From a virus, in the IMG/VR virus record IMGVR_UViG_3300030098_006570, positions 1 to 64,000 of that record: a stretch of 64,000 nucleotides of DNA; one strand, given 5' to 3'. The position numbers and the translations under genes were made by a program. Below, one piece after another: positions 18,901 through 28,062 of the stretch. The stretch's first letter is position 1, and each line of letters begins with the position of its first letter. Under the pieces are notes generated by a model. The model saw nothing but the letters and a program-made list of their open reading frames with translations. It did no database searches and had not been told where the DNA came from.

Positions 18901-19703
18901 AGCGCAGCCAGGAAGGCTCCCGCGAAGTTGACGTCTCCTGAAGGGTCTTTCAGATAGTTGCTCTCTCTGGGGTCGGCGCGCAGGAACGAAGTCCTTGCCG
19001 TCTGACCCCCGCTTTTCATAGCTTTGATCATGTCCGCAAATATTTGGCCTTTGGCGAAGTAGCCGTCGTGTAGGATGATCATCTGCACCAGATCCTCACG
19101 CCCGGGGATGCCAGCGTCATAACTGGCGTCCCAGCGGAGCTTTTCTAAGTACGCATAAATGTGTTTATTGTCAAAGATAGAGCTGGCATCGAGGCCGTTG
19201 TTGATCTCGCCGCGGATCGATCCGAAAGCGGGCTCGCTTGTGTCTCCGGGGGTTCGGGCGCGAGCCTTCCAAAGTTTTACATTAGCATTGGTGGCGCTCA
19301 CACCAGCAGGGAAAACTGCTGTATCAATGTAATGAGTATAAAGAGTCCAGCCGGCGTCTCTTAGTTTGTTTGGGCTAACCGCCGATGAACGACCTACGAG
19401 GTGGTGGTGTCGTCCAAACAAAATACCTTCCAAATCATTGGAGCGCTTTTTTTGCTTGTCGATCCTCAGGAGAGGAACGCTCATCACCTCCTTAACCCAT
19501 TCTGTGTTCACATCATCATAAAGCGATAACCCGTTGAGATAACCTGTGGTGTTGAGGCAAGTTTCAATATCTGCGGCCAGACCATCACGGCCGCCGGTCT
19601 TTGGGAGGACCACCTCTTCCCAAGCCAACTGATCGACCAGAGTCTGACTCCACTTATCGGCCATGTCCCGAAGGGCCGCCTTGCCTTTTTCAAGATTCGC
19701 CAT
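15942..19703 (-). CDS. Large baseplate hub-like virion protein
   Basis: Follows tape measure, tube initiator and LysM genes. C-terminal SIDLVGN..Y..GQYIYVDP...SGYYLVTSVEHSI resembles gp27/gpD-type hub ends. Confidence 0.55.
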   Translation of the reverse strand: MANLEKGKAALRDMADKWSQTLVDQLAWEEVVLPKTGGRDGLAADIETCLNTTGYLNGLSLYDDVNTEWVKEVMSVPLLRIDKQKKRSNDLEGILFGRHHHLVGRSSAVSPNKLRDAGWTLYTHYIDTAVFPAGVSATNANVKLWKARARTPGDTSEPAFGSIRGEINNGLDASSIFDNKHIYAYLEKLRWDASYDAGIPGREDLVQMIILHDGYFAKGQIFADMIKAMKSGGQTARTSFLRADPRESNYLKDPSGDVNFAGAFLAALWYWYQYCTNAGFYDDALVQQEAQKVYQAVVDSLCANIPVDVAERKKDPVLAALSPLPPTPAFPISNITPFDFQCFLIENIVTLSSKHRNSKYKNLLRLNTNNNPGTAISRINHGGRSVQVRELMNLCPEAYALLTPYIKIYRVDYDKENPTKVIRQQELKIPNFIDTTDVDAILGAQGGRMQGYGIKSLKWSLDGVQPAEVDNNISAHLTFYFQTIQDLFQGQLAAGQKDPSPLDLIISSAASEVVSQNTTDDSINSRPKNCSVLRDNVTQRYDGASFRIKATMGWSAPPKFATAFPGFLEYIKVGVDKKGKEIRRQRGEVLLDALQDTRISLFLQQTRHLINFKEDGSIELEIDYQAALSGILTSKRANILATDKKFFEQEISTYQTKVDTLQNQADDGTEEAQAEKKEKIDELLSEIEQLKVQSRMFKYKKFLQKLYGSGKIYNIHVNAAELLIPPWKDLTDSQRASRARRRSSPNEAERGWLATGVNDNRTTFDTTLLEAVTEASKSGDEETAIEAQTKKNKEKFDKFAIDADTVTIPYFYLGDFLDEILEGLPGYADGDAFLFFLSEMELLNPLLAFQMSNLQEVLCSSNIKDALFIDALRKSDPLRFGNINRIQEIINIGDVPISLDAFQVWFKDNVIEPGRDTYYVLHFVKDICAQLISNALRGDCFGSDVNFDMRFDVAPLTVEKRGLKAGSTVSLPTLARKKAAAKGTINPKKLLEAMVLYSTDSKPKSRTKDFDADLDDGIYHHYVGSACGLVKKIQLQREDQPYLREAKIQKRGALGAEQLRELYSVSIDLVGNTLYRNGQYIYVDPTYVMGDPKLARLLGVSGYYLVTSVEHSISDSGYDVNIRALQEGISFGDNTLATSPSLLDTDLEDTPLYVAPDIPPDEVAQQSMTAAEVGVAEAQAGFLNSDGDPVRSALLKGASGLTVKGVPVTPTGIVRNVGLRAVFAVKDAVTGFSNRKEDLQAGEQALEDLREVD

Positions 19704-19706
19704 ATA

Positions 19707-20045
19707 TTATGTCTCCAAGGCGCGCAGGATCTGCTCCAAAGGAAGAGGAATATAAATAATATCCCCCAATTTTACATCGGCCTCGGTGGGTCGTTGATTA
19801 TAAAAAGCAATAATCCACCAGTGATCGGGGCGCCCATAATACTGGGTGGCCAGCTTATAATAGCGATCGCCGGTGGTCCATATATGCTTGACGCGGGTCA
19901 TCTCTTGAATTTGGGAGATTGTAGGATAAACCATTTCAGCGGTCACGTACTGGCGCATCCGGCGCACTTTGCGTTCGGCCCGGGCTTTGGAGTATAAATC
20001 ATCATCGTTTAAGACGATTCTACGGTTAGAATAGCGTGCACCCAT
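19707..20045 (-). CDS. LysM-like baseplate protein (gp53/gpX-like)
   Basis: HIWTTGDRYYKLATQYYGRPDHWWIIAFYN...GDIIYIP. Confidence 0.75.
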   Translation of the reverse strand: MGARYSNRRIVLNDDDLYSKARAERKVRRMRQYVTAEMVYPTISQIQEMTRVKHIWTTGDRYYKLATQYYGRPDHWWIIAFYNQRPTEADVKLGDIIYIPLPLEQILRALET

Positions 20046-20048
20046 AAT

Positions 20049-20891
20049 TTAGCTCCCCCCCACGTTATTTTGATCAGCTTGCTGATTGGGGTTGGCCGGC
20101 TGTGAAGTGTTTGTGGAGGCACCGTCCGCGGCGGGGGCGCCCTCCGACGGAGAGGAATTAGTGGGGACGCTAGACATATAGGGAAAGAGATGATTTAGCT
20201 CCTCGTTTCCTCCAAACTTACCATCATTCCAGCCCATGAGGTGGGTATGAAGAACAGTAAAAGCAAAATTGAGATTTACCGTTTTAGGTATAAAGACGCT
20301 TGCCACGCTTCGAGTTGTTTCTGCGAGTTCTGCTGCTGCAGGCGTGGATAGAAAAGCACCCAGCTCTATATTCTGCGATTTGGCTATTTTGGTGGCTTGA
20401 TCCCTTAAAGACGGAACCCCGGGATCCGAAAGAAACCCTCCATCGGCCACATTGGGGGCGTATGTCAAGCCCGATGTATAGCCGTACAACATGGTATCAC
20501 TGGCGCCTCCTCCCCGTTGTTTGCTTCCCGCTAAATTGGTCCACTGGAAACCCAACAAGGGGCCGCCCGAAAGGGTATTCTGCAGAGAGCGTGTATTCTC
20601 GGTATAAGTGGGATAAAGAAACTGGACAAGTCTAGAGATGTTTTTCAAGTTATTGCGCGCCTCGACGGCGTTAGCCGCCACCACATCAAATCCTACAGTT
20701 AACTGGCGGCCGGTACGTTGAAATGTGGCCAGCGGGTCCATGCGCCCATAAACGGGTGTTTCATTCCAAGTCGAGTTATACTGGTCCGAAAAACTGGTAA
20801 CCCATCCTTCAAACTGTACTCGTTGCTCTGTAAGAACATGCAAGAACTTGATGATATATTCTTGCTCAGTAATCAATCCTGGAAATTGCAT
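20049..20891 (-). CDS. Baseplate tail-tube initiator (gp48/gp54/gpU-like)
   Basis: FSDQYNSTWNETPVYGRMDP..FQRTGRQL..F; lies directly after the tape measure. Confidence 0.65.
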   Translation of the reverse strand: MQFPGLITEQEYIIKFLHVLTEQRVQFEGWVTSFSDQYNSTWNETPVYGRMDPLATFQRTGRQLTVGFDVVAANAVEARNNLKNISRLVQFLYPTYTENTRSLQNTLSGGPLLGFQWTNLAGSKQRGGGASDTMLYGYTSGLTYAPNVADGGFLSDPGVPSLRDQATKIAKSQNIELGAFLSTPAAAELAETTRSVASVFIPKTVNLNFAFTVLHTHLMGWNDGKFGGNEELNHLFPYMSSVPTNSSPSEGAPAADGASTNTSQPANPNQQADQNNVGGS

Positions 20892-20908
20892 CTTTTTCTA
20901 AACTCCTT

Positions 20909-23035
20909 TTACCTAAACGGCCCCAAGGCTGTGCGCGTCCGTTGTGATTTTAGCGACTTGATCACTAACTCATCAATCTTTTCGCCCGCGATACTTACAG
21001 CCAAATTGATGTTTTCACCTCCGCCTGTTTCCAAACTACCTAGTTTCATACTCACATCTTCGAGCGCCTTTGTAAGACGTTCGGTAGTAGAAGCCGTGGA
21101 AATATTGGCCGCGGTGCCAAATTCTACTAGTTCCGCGCCGTTTTCGCCCGCTACCCCGACACTGGTGGGAGAATTAGGTGTGGCGCTAATATGACGCCCG
21201 CCGCCTGAATAACCCTTGAGGGTGCCGGGAGAGGATACTGCGCTGCGGCCCCCTCCTTCTCCTTTTTCGCCCATGGAGGTCATCGCGCCTACGCCGAGGC
21301 CGCCTAAAATGGCCATGGCCGCGATAGCAAAAGGTGTTCCCACCCCCGTGGCCATCATAAAGCCTGCCATAGCAAGACCGGCAAAAACGGCGGTGGAAGC
21401 GAAGGTTCCCATAGAGTTAATCGCCTCACCCAAAAAGCCCATCAACTTAGCGAAGCCGTCGACCATAGGTACCAGCACATTGGTTATAAAGGGTTCCGCA
21501 TCCAAGTAAAGCTGCTTAAAGGCATTCGTGAGTTTATCAGTAATATTTTGCATGTTCTGGGCTTCTTCAGCCGCTTCCTTCATTGTCATTTGTTGGAGTT
21601 CAAGTTCCTCGTTGCTCTGTGAGAGCATCTTTCGTGTGTCCTCGGCGGAAAGCCCCAACGCATCGGCAAATGCCATAACCTCGGCGCCGCTCAGATTTTC
21701 GGCAGAGACGCCGGCCTGATCAAGGGCAGACTTCATCATCTTGATCCCTTCTACCGGATCTTCCATCGATGCATTGAGCATGTCAATTGAATTCAAGAAA
21801 GGACCACCCATGATAGCGTTAAGACGACCCACCGCTTGTCCCGCTTGATCAAATGTCTTGAACTGGTCTACAAAGCCTAGAAGAGTACCCACCTCGATGC
21901 CGGTGGCCTTCGCTTGTTTTTCCATATCCAAGAATGCCTGGGTTGCATCCTTGCCATACCGCGCTAAAATTTCTCTATTGGCTTCGAAGTCGGCTCCCAT
22001 TGCGTTAATATCTTTGCCCAAAGATCGGGCAGCGCCGGCCATATCAAGCAAAAACTGCTGACTTTCCTTTACGCTCAAACCTAAACTCTTATTGGCAGTT
22101 TGGAAGATCTGCGATTGGGTGTCCATCGAAAAACCCATTTCCCCCAAGAGGGTGGTGGTGCGCAAGATATCCTTCTGAACTTGAGGTTGTAGATAAGTAA
22201 AATCAGTAAAGTTGTTCTTAAAGGCCGTCACTGCTTCGGCCGATTCAGCCAGAGTGACCCCCGCAATTCGGCCGGCTTGCTCGGTTTCTTTTATCATATT
22301 GTTGAATTCAGTACCGGCGCCTGTAGCTTTTCGGAACTCAGAAAACACTCTATCTTGTTCTAGGGCAAAATCAAAACTAGCCTTAGCGAGCTTGAGGATG
22401 CCGGAGCCGGCCATGTTCGCCATATCCGTGGTATCCATCAAGTTGCTCGCAAAACCCTTAAGGCCTGCAGAGCCTCCGGAAAAGGCTTGGACCAGAGCTT
22501 CTGTATTCCCAGAGAGACCAAAAAATTGATCTTTGAGCCCTTCAGCTAGGTCATTGCCCGCTTGCGTGGCGTCATTGAGATCCTGCAGTGCTACTTGGGC
22601 TGCCGCAAGGCGGTCTTTGTTCACCGCTAGGCCATTATTAATATCATCTATAACATCGGCAAACTCACTAGCGATCTCACTATTCTGAGAGAGCGTCTGC
22701 GCAAACGTCTGATTAACCTTGTTAAGGGAAATATTAGCCTCTGTTAGGCGGTCCACAACTCCTTGAAGCTGCTCGGTGACTTCGGCGCCCTCGGCCTGCG
22801 CGTCCTTCAGGCGCTGCTCTTCCACACGCAAGCTTTCGATTTCTGCTTTGAGCTGGCCGCGGGTATTGAGCTGGTCCTTGATGGCCTCGGTGACAGCCGC
22901 GATTTCTTCCGCGAGCTTCTTAGTGCCGGGAATGGTTAGCGCCTCTGTCAGGCTCTCTTGTGTCGAAGCCGCCTGGGCTTCGAGCTGCGCCATCTGTTTA
23001 CGTAACGCTGCTAATTTTTCTTCTTCTGTAGCCAC
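20909..23035 (-). CDS. Tail tape measure protein
   Basis: 708 aa, helical and Ala-rich, with a hydrophobic segment near the C-terminus; follows the chaperones. Confidence 0.8.
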   Translation of the reverse strand: MATEEEKLAALRKQMAQLEAQAASTQESLTEALTIPGTKKLAEEIAAVTEAIKDQLNTRGQLKAEIESLRVEEQRLKDAQAEGAEVTEQLQGVVDRLTEANISLNKVNQTFAQTLSQNSEIASEFADVIDDINNGLAVNKDRLAAAQVALQDLNDATQAGNDLAEGLKDQFFGLSGNTEALVQAFSGGSAGLKGFASNLMDTTDMANMAGSGILKLAKASFDFALEQDRVFSEFRKATGAGTEFNNMIKETEQAGRIAGVTLAESAEAVTAFKNNFTDFTYLQPQVQKDILRTTTLLGEMGFSMDTQSQIFQTANKSLGLSVKESQQFLLDMAGAARSLGKDINAMGADFEANREILARYGKDATQAFLDMEKQAKATGIEVGTLLGFVDQFKTFDQAGQAVGRLNAIMGGPFLNSIDMLNASMEDPVEGIKMMKSALDQAGVSAENLSGAEVMAFADALGLSAEDTRKMLSQSNEELELQQMTMKEAAEEAQNMQNITDKLTNAFKQLYLDAEPFITNVLVPMVDGFAKLMGFLGEAINSMGTFASTAVFAGLAMAGFMMATGVGTPFAIAAMAILGGLGVGAMTSMGEKGEGGGRSAVSSPGTLKGYSGGGRHISATPNSPTSVGVAGENGAELVEFGTAANISTASTTERLTKALEDVSMKLGSLETGGGENINLAVSIAGEKIDELVIKSLKSQRTRTALGPFR

Positions 23036-23048
23036 CGCCTAAGCCTCC

Positions 23049-23378
23049 CTAATTCTTAAAGGGCCACCGCAACCCCGTTTCGTTCTCAAATTTCTTTACT
23101 GCTGCTGATAAGTTAGATCGGGAGGAGATGGTGCGACTGTCGTTGAGTCCATGTTTGATATAGGCATCCATGTACCCTTTCTCCCGCTGCAACGCTTTCA
23201 TAAACGCATCAATTTGGGAGGACGTTCCACTGAGGCTGAGTGGACTGCTCAAAAGGCCGCTAAAATAAAGATCGAGCAGCGCCATTCGCACCTGCCCGGC
23301 GAACTTGCTGTAGACGCGTTCATTTAACTGACCGTCTAGATTATTCAAGTACATCACATCTTTAACAATTTCACTCAT
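23049..23378 (-). CDS. Hypothetical protein
   Basis: 109 aa; GAGGA SD and CTAATTA motif upstream. Confidence 0.7.
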   Translation of the reverse strand: MSEIVKDVMYLNNLDGQLNERVYSKFAGQVRMALLDLYFSGLLSSPLSLSGTSSQIDAFMKALQREKGYMDAYIKHGLNDSRTISSRSNLSAAVKKFENETGLRWPFKN

Positions 23379-23411
23379 AGCGGGTCCTCATTATATAATT
23401 AGTACCAAAAC

Positions 23412-23440
23412 AAAAAGCCGGAACTAAGAGCCCCGACTTG
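23412..23440 (-). terminator. Putative intrinsic terminator
   Basis: Minus strand AAGTCGGGGC-TCTTA-GTTCCGGCTT followed by a T-tract. Confidence 0.55.
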
Positions 23441-23615
23441 CTGCTTGATATGCTTCTTTTTCTTTTTTATATTCATCGATCAAGCGCTGCACAAACCAGC
23501 GCCTTAGGGGGATAGGGAGATTGTAGGCCTCGATAAAGGACCAGCCGCCATAATGCTTCAGAGCAAAAAACTCTTCGTATACTCCCTGTTGATATTCAGG
23601 AGTTAGGCCAAAAAA
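23424..23615 (-). CDS. gp51-like tail assembly chaperone C-part, likely made by frameshift
   Basis: Open +1 frame FFGLTPEYQQGVYEEFFALKHYGGWSFIEAYNLPIPLRRWFVQRLIDE...; no usable start codon; begins at a T7 run. Confidence 0.7.
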   Translation of the reverse strand, partial: FFGLTPEYQQGVYEEFFALKHYGGWSFIEAYNLPIPLRRWFVQRLIDEYKKEKEAYQAASRGS

Positions 23616-24450
23616 ACTGTGCCGTTAGAGGCATCACCACCTTACCGACGTGTGCGCAATGTTGGCACTCAAAATCATATGAAATATCCAAGTCGGGCTT
23701 GATCTTTTCATAGGTGTTGCGTAGGTGCTTGACATCTCGGAGGGGCATCAAGGACACAAACTTATCGATGTCGCTTCGATCAGTATGTTCGTTTAGAGAA
23801 ACGATAACGGCTTTGAGGAGGTCGGTGCTGCGAGTGTCTGGTAGCTTCATCTTCTTTTTCTTTTCGGTGGTCTCGCTCAGAATACGCTCGTCGCGGCTGC
23901 ATAATAGCCGAACTTCCGCTTCCACCTGCGTGGTAGGCAACGTAATGATGAAATTCCCGGTCTCGGTGATCACCACGTCTGCCGGAACTTCTCCGCTTGT
24001 GACATGGCTAATGTCATCCAGATTAAATTCTTGCTCATTGGTCTCATTACACGCAGGACACTTAACGGTCGTCTCATAGAGGGGGCCGAATCCGGTAACC
24101 CGACAAGCGACCAATAAGGCGTTCTTGTCTCCAATCAATAAACTATCTACGATAATATTAGGATCCACAATAACCGACTGCAGCAGTCGATCAATGGCTA
24201 ATCCTTTGCGTACTAATGTTTCGGAAGTCAAGATATCTTCCTCTTTAGCTGTCATATGTCGAATTTCAATGGTATCAACACCAGCTAAGGGATGATCCTC
24301 GGGATAATACTTTCCACCCGAGGGCAACTCCACGAACTCTGTCGGAGTTACAAATGAAAATAATCCATTATCCGTTTTTTTTGCAATAGGGGGGGCGGGG
24401 GCGTTCGGCCGGGGTGCCCCGGTGCGGGTTGAGTTATTCCGTCTTCCCAT
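23596..24450 (-). CDS. Baseplate hub assembly/tail chaperone (T4 gp26-like)
   Basis: VELPSGG..Y, MTAKEEDIL, LLIGDKNALL, CPAC, CQHC motifs; C-terminal QFFWP. Confidence 0.8.
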   Translation of the reverse strand: MGRRNNSTRTGAPRPNAPAPPIAKKTDNGLFSFVTPTEFVELPSGGKYYPEDHPLAGVDTIEIRHMTAKEEDILTSETLVRKGLAIDRLLQSVIVDPNIIVDSLLIGDKNALLVACRVTGFGPLYETTVKCPACNETNEQEFNLDDISHVTSGEVPADVVITETGNFIITLPTTQVEAEVRLLCSRDERILSETTEKKKKMKLPDTRSTDLLKAVIVSLNEHTDRSDIDKFVSLMPLRDVKHLRNTYEKIKPDLDISYDFECQHCAHVGKVVMPLTAQFFWPNS

Positions 24451-24472
24451 TCATCACCTTCTTTCTAGATTA

Positions 24473-25048
24473 TTAGGGCTCCGTGACAGCAGCAACAGCC
24501 TCTCCCACGTCGTACTCTGCCCAATCATACTGTATTGTAAGGGAAATATTAAGCAGATTATCATTTTCGTAGTTAAGATCGCCAAACTTTGCGTCCGTAA
24601 TAAATGCATTCTCAAGGGTCCAAGTGCCCACGAGGCCACCCTGGCCACTAAGCTCCTGAATCACCACATTACCTAGAGCATCCACAGCCATTGCTTTGTT
24701 GACAGTGCCGGGTGCCTGGGATGGGTTATCGAATACTTCACGCTGTGTCGGAGGCTTGAGATAGCCCGACTTGATAAGCGCATCATAAAGGATCTTGTTA
24801 CCATCGGGATTGATGGCGTTAACGATGTTGGCGGTCACGGTGCCCCATGTAACCGTGCCGGGGTAGTAATAGGTGTTACCTAAGAACTTATGAGGAGTAG
24901 AACTAACCTGATAGTTAGGCTTCGTGACGTCTCGTGCAAGGTACGGCTCGTAGGCGAACTCGTTGTCTGCACTAGTCAGTCTAGGGAAATAAAGCAAAAA
25001 GCGATGTGATCGTTTCGGCTCGGATAGGGCGCTTGTCCAAAATGGCAT
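24473..25048 (-). CDS. Tail tube protein
   Basis: EPKR..RF, YYPG..TW, W.LENAFI...FGDLNY...LTIQYDWA; downstream of the sheath. Confidence 0.85.
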   Translation of the reverse strand: MPFWTSALSEPKRSHRFLLYFPRLTSADNEFAYEPYLARDVTKPNYQVSSTPHKFLGNTYYYPGTVTWGTVTANIVNAINPDGNKILYDALIKSGYLKPPTQREVFDNPSQAPGTVNKAMAVDALGNVVIQELSGQGGLVGTWTLENAFITDAKFGDLNYENDNLLNISLTIQYDWAEYDVGEAVAAVTEP

Positions 25049-25087
25049 CTGTCATAGTCTCCTTATATACGTTCTAAAGTTAAGTAG

Positions 25088-25111
25088 TGCGGGAGTTCAA
25101 AACCTCCCGCA
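25088..25111 (-). terminator. Hairpin after sheath gene
   Basis: TGCGGGAG/CTCCCGCA inverted repeat; the U-tract is weak. Confidence 0.4.
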
Positions 25112-25114
25112 TTA

Positions 25115-27985
25115 TTAGTCGTCAAATGCTGCTCCTGTGCGAGTGATGTTGAAGTCAATCGCAATGAACTCGATTGCACGAGCCGGCTTGAGGAAGATGC
25201 GCGCATACAGAATGTTGCGATCAACCAAGTCGGGGGTCGTTGTTGTATCATCAAGGACAACCTTGTAGTCAGTCAAGCCGAAGTTTGTCTGGACATTAGC
25301 CAAGAAGGGATTGACCTGAGAGGTGAAGCGGAGCCATGTCTGCTGCACATTGGGATCAAAAAGCAATCCGGAAGCGATCTGCGAGATGCGCTTCTTGACG
25401 AAGATCATCAGACGACGGACATTGATGCGGTCGAGGGCCGAGGGAGTAACCTGCAGCGTCTTTTGTCCAAAGACCACAATTCCTTCGCTGGGGAACTTCG
25501 CAATCGGGTTAATGTTTGCGGAGTACAGGTCATCACGGTTCTGCCGTGTAAGCTGCTGCGAAACATCGATGATTGGAATACCTGCCGATCCCTCACTCAG
25601 GCCGCCGCGGTTGAAGCCTGCCGGTGCAAACCAAACCTGGGTCTTCCGCTGGGAACTTGAGAAAGTACCGATCGCTGCCACAGAGGGAGGCACCCACAGC
25701 ATCGCACCATTGATGCTATCACGGGCTCGGAGCCACGGATAGAAAGTGCAACCATAAGAGCTGTTGAGGCCGCGGTTACGCAGATTGGTAATAATTGTAT
25801 TCAGTGCGGCCGACGTGTTGTTGCGGGTAATTTGGCGCCCTTCAGCACGCGGGCTAAAGCCGCCGGCGACATCGACCACCGCTAGCGCGTCGCCGCGGTC
25901 CTCACATGTCTGAATGAGGTGAGTGGTGAGGCCGTCGTCCGTAAGGCCCGGGACCGAGGCAAGATTCATCTCCACCACTTCCGGGTCGGCCGTAGCATCA
26001 ATGGCTCGCTTGATGGTGGAACGAGCGTAGTTCAGATCTTCATCGTTGCTATCATCAATAAATGTGTTTCGGAATGGATCCATTTCCACAATATTGAGAC
26101 CATTAAATCCGCCGTAAACAGGAAGGGTAAAGCGGTCATAACCTGCATCCAGAACACCCACAGTCGAGCCGGTGGCAGCAGTGTATGATGTGCCTCCGGA
26201 CCGACCCGTTTGGGACCAGCGCGCAGTGCCAGCGTTGGGGCCGATATCATCAAGCGAGAAAGCTACCGAGCGTTCCGTTTGAGCATTCGGCGGAGTGAAG
26301 GATCCGACAATGCCGCCGCGCGGACGTACAATGTCCACCACTGATGGAGCGAAGCGAGTGCTCGCAAGAGAGACAGTTGTTCGGAAACCAAAATATGCAT
26401 CGGTCTGGTTGCTCAGGCCACCCTCGCTCGCACTAACGCGGAAAGCGGGGGTAGGATAGAGAAGATTGGCCGCGAGGGCTGTAGAGGCACTAAGAAGCGA
26501 GAGAATGGGAAGTGCCGACGAGGCAGTCACGGCTGTAGGGAAGTCGGTTCTGGAGCCAGTAATCCAATTGCCACCGCGGGAGGTGGCCGCGGCCTCTATG
26601 TCTTCATCCCGCCATTTGGTAATCCCGAGGTAACCAAAGGGCAAGTATCGAGCATCGGTTGCGCCCGCATCCACATCGCTGTTCATCTGCACACGAATGT
26701 ACTCGGAAACATTGGGCCAATCACCAAGTGTTCGATATCGTCGCTCGCTCGGAACCCAGCTGGTATACTGGCTTCCAATCTTGCGCGCAACATAGTTGAG
26801 TGAGTTAGGGTTGAGATCACAATCGTTGAACTGTTCAATTACTTCAACTACATTGTCACTATCGCTAAGCCGGCGAACTACTACCGAGAAGGTTCCATAG
26901 GGATTGCTGGTGTTAGTAGATTCCTTAATATCCTGAATGGAAACCTTGATATTACGGTTGCTCCAATCACCCGCTTCATTCAGAGTGACAACCTTGAAGA
27001 GCTGTTGCTGATTGGCAGCCACATAGCTCGCAAAATCATTGCTCAGATCTTGGCCGATCACAAACGCACCTTCGGCACCCACGACCTGGCTCTGGAAGTT
27101 GCTGGCTGCTTGACTGCTTCCACTGTTATAAAGAGGAAGGATGGCACCGAAATACACACCGCTCGCAATGTTGGATTTAAGGTGCTGATCGAAGGTTTCG
27201 CCCAGGAAGTAATTTACTTGCTGGGACGGGCTTGTCACCGTGCCATTGGTCAGCTGCGGATTAGTGTTGAAAATATTGCGAATGTACTTTTCAGAATTGG
27301 TATCAAAGTTAAAAGAACTCGTCAGGTCCGTGGTGCCCGAAACATTAGCAATACAGACCTTGAACTCATAGTTGGCGTTACTGATGGCATGCATAACAGC
27401 GTTGGTGCCTCGGGCGGCCACGGGAGTGGACAGCACCGAGCCCGTACCGCGTTGCACGACAATGTTCCCCGACAGCGAGACTGTAGTACCATTGGCGACA
27501 TACCAGATAGCAGCCAGCGCGCCAGTGAGAGGGGTGCCGCCAGTGGATCCACCACCGGAGCCGGCCGGGAGTGAGCCCGAGTCGAAAATGAACAACCCAT
27601 AGGCGCTAGCGGTGGCGCGCGAAGAAAGCTGCCAGCCAGCCAGGCCTGCTCCGGATGCATTAGGAGACTGCGATCCGAGGAGGCGAATATAAGTCAGAGG
27701 AGAACTGTTGCGGAGATAAGCTTGTGCGGCGTAGGTGCCATACATGGGGGAAACTTGATTCCCTTCGCGCCATACATCTCCACCCGTTCCACCGGGGACA
27801 GGGGCGCCAAATACATTCACAAATTCCGAAAAGGAATTTACTGTAACGGGGCGTAGTGCGGGGCCCTTCTCGGCACGTCCGATAATGACGGGGCCGATGC
27901 CTGCAGGAGAGGCGGGCAGCTGAGAGTTGTCAATTTCATTGACGAAAACCCCCGGCGATACAAATCTATAATTCTTTACTGACAT
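25115..27985 (-). CDS. Tail sheath protein (gp18-like)
   Basis: FVSPGVFVNEID, WFAPAGFNRG, INPIAKF, FGQKTLQ, LDRINVRRL and PARAIEFI motifs. Confidence 0.95.
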   Translation of the reverse strand: MSVKNYRFVSPGVFVNEIDNSQLPASPAGIGPVIIGRAEKGPALRPVTVNSFSEFVNVFGAPVPGGTGGDVWREGNQVSPMYGTYAAQAYLRNSSPLTYIRLLGSQSPNASGAGLAGWQLSSRATASAYGLFIFDSGSLPAGSGGGSTGGTPLTGALAAIWYVANGTTVSLSGNIVVQRGTGSVLSTPVAARGTNAVMHAISNANYEFKVCIANVSGTTDLTSSFNFDTNSEKYIRNIFNTNPQLTNGTVTSPSQQVNYFLGETFDQHLKSNIASGVYFGAILPLYNSGSSQAASNFQSQVVGAEGAFVIGQDLSNDFASYVAANQQQLFKVVTLNEAGDWSNRNIKVSIQDIKESTNTSNPYGTFSVVVRRLSDSDNVVEVIEQFNDCDLNPNSLNYVARKIGSQYTSWVPSERRYRTLGDWPNVSEYIRVQMNSDVDAGATDARYLPFGYLGITKWRDEDIEAAATSRGGNWITGSRTDFPTAVTASSALPILSLLSASTALAANLLYPTPAFRVSASEGGLSNQTDAYFGFRTTVSLASTRFAPSVVDIVRPRGGIVGSFTPPNAQTERSVAFSLDDIGPNAGTARWSQTGRSGGTSYTAATGSTVGVLDAGYDRFTLPVYGGFNGLNIVEMDPFRNTFIDDSNDEDLNYARSTIKRAIDATADPEVVEMNLASVPGLTDDGLTTHLIQTCEDRGDALAVVDVAGGFSPRAEGRQITRNNTSAALNTIITNLRNRGLNSSYGCTFYPWLRARDSINGAMLWVPPSVAAIGTFSSSQRKTQVWFAPAGFNRGGLSEGSAGIPIIDVSQQLTRQNRDDLYSANINPIAKFPSEGIVVFGQKTLQVTPSALDRINVRRLMIFVKKRISQIASGLLFDPNVQQTWLRFTSQVNPFLANVQTNFGLTDYKVVLDDTTTTPDLVDRNILYARIFLKPARAIEFIAIDFNITRTGAAFDD

Positions 27986-28062
27986 AAGACAAGGTCTCCT
28001 AAACCGTAGATATTCTTATTCTAAATAGTACGGAATGCGGGCAAGAGAATAGCGCAAGGATA

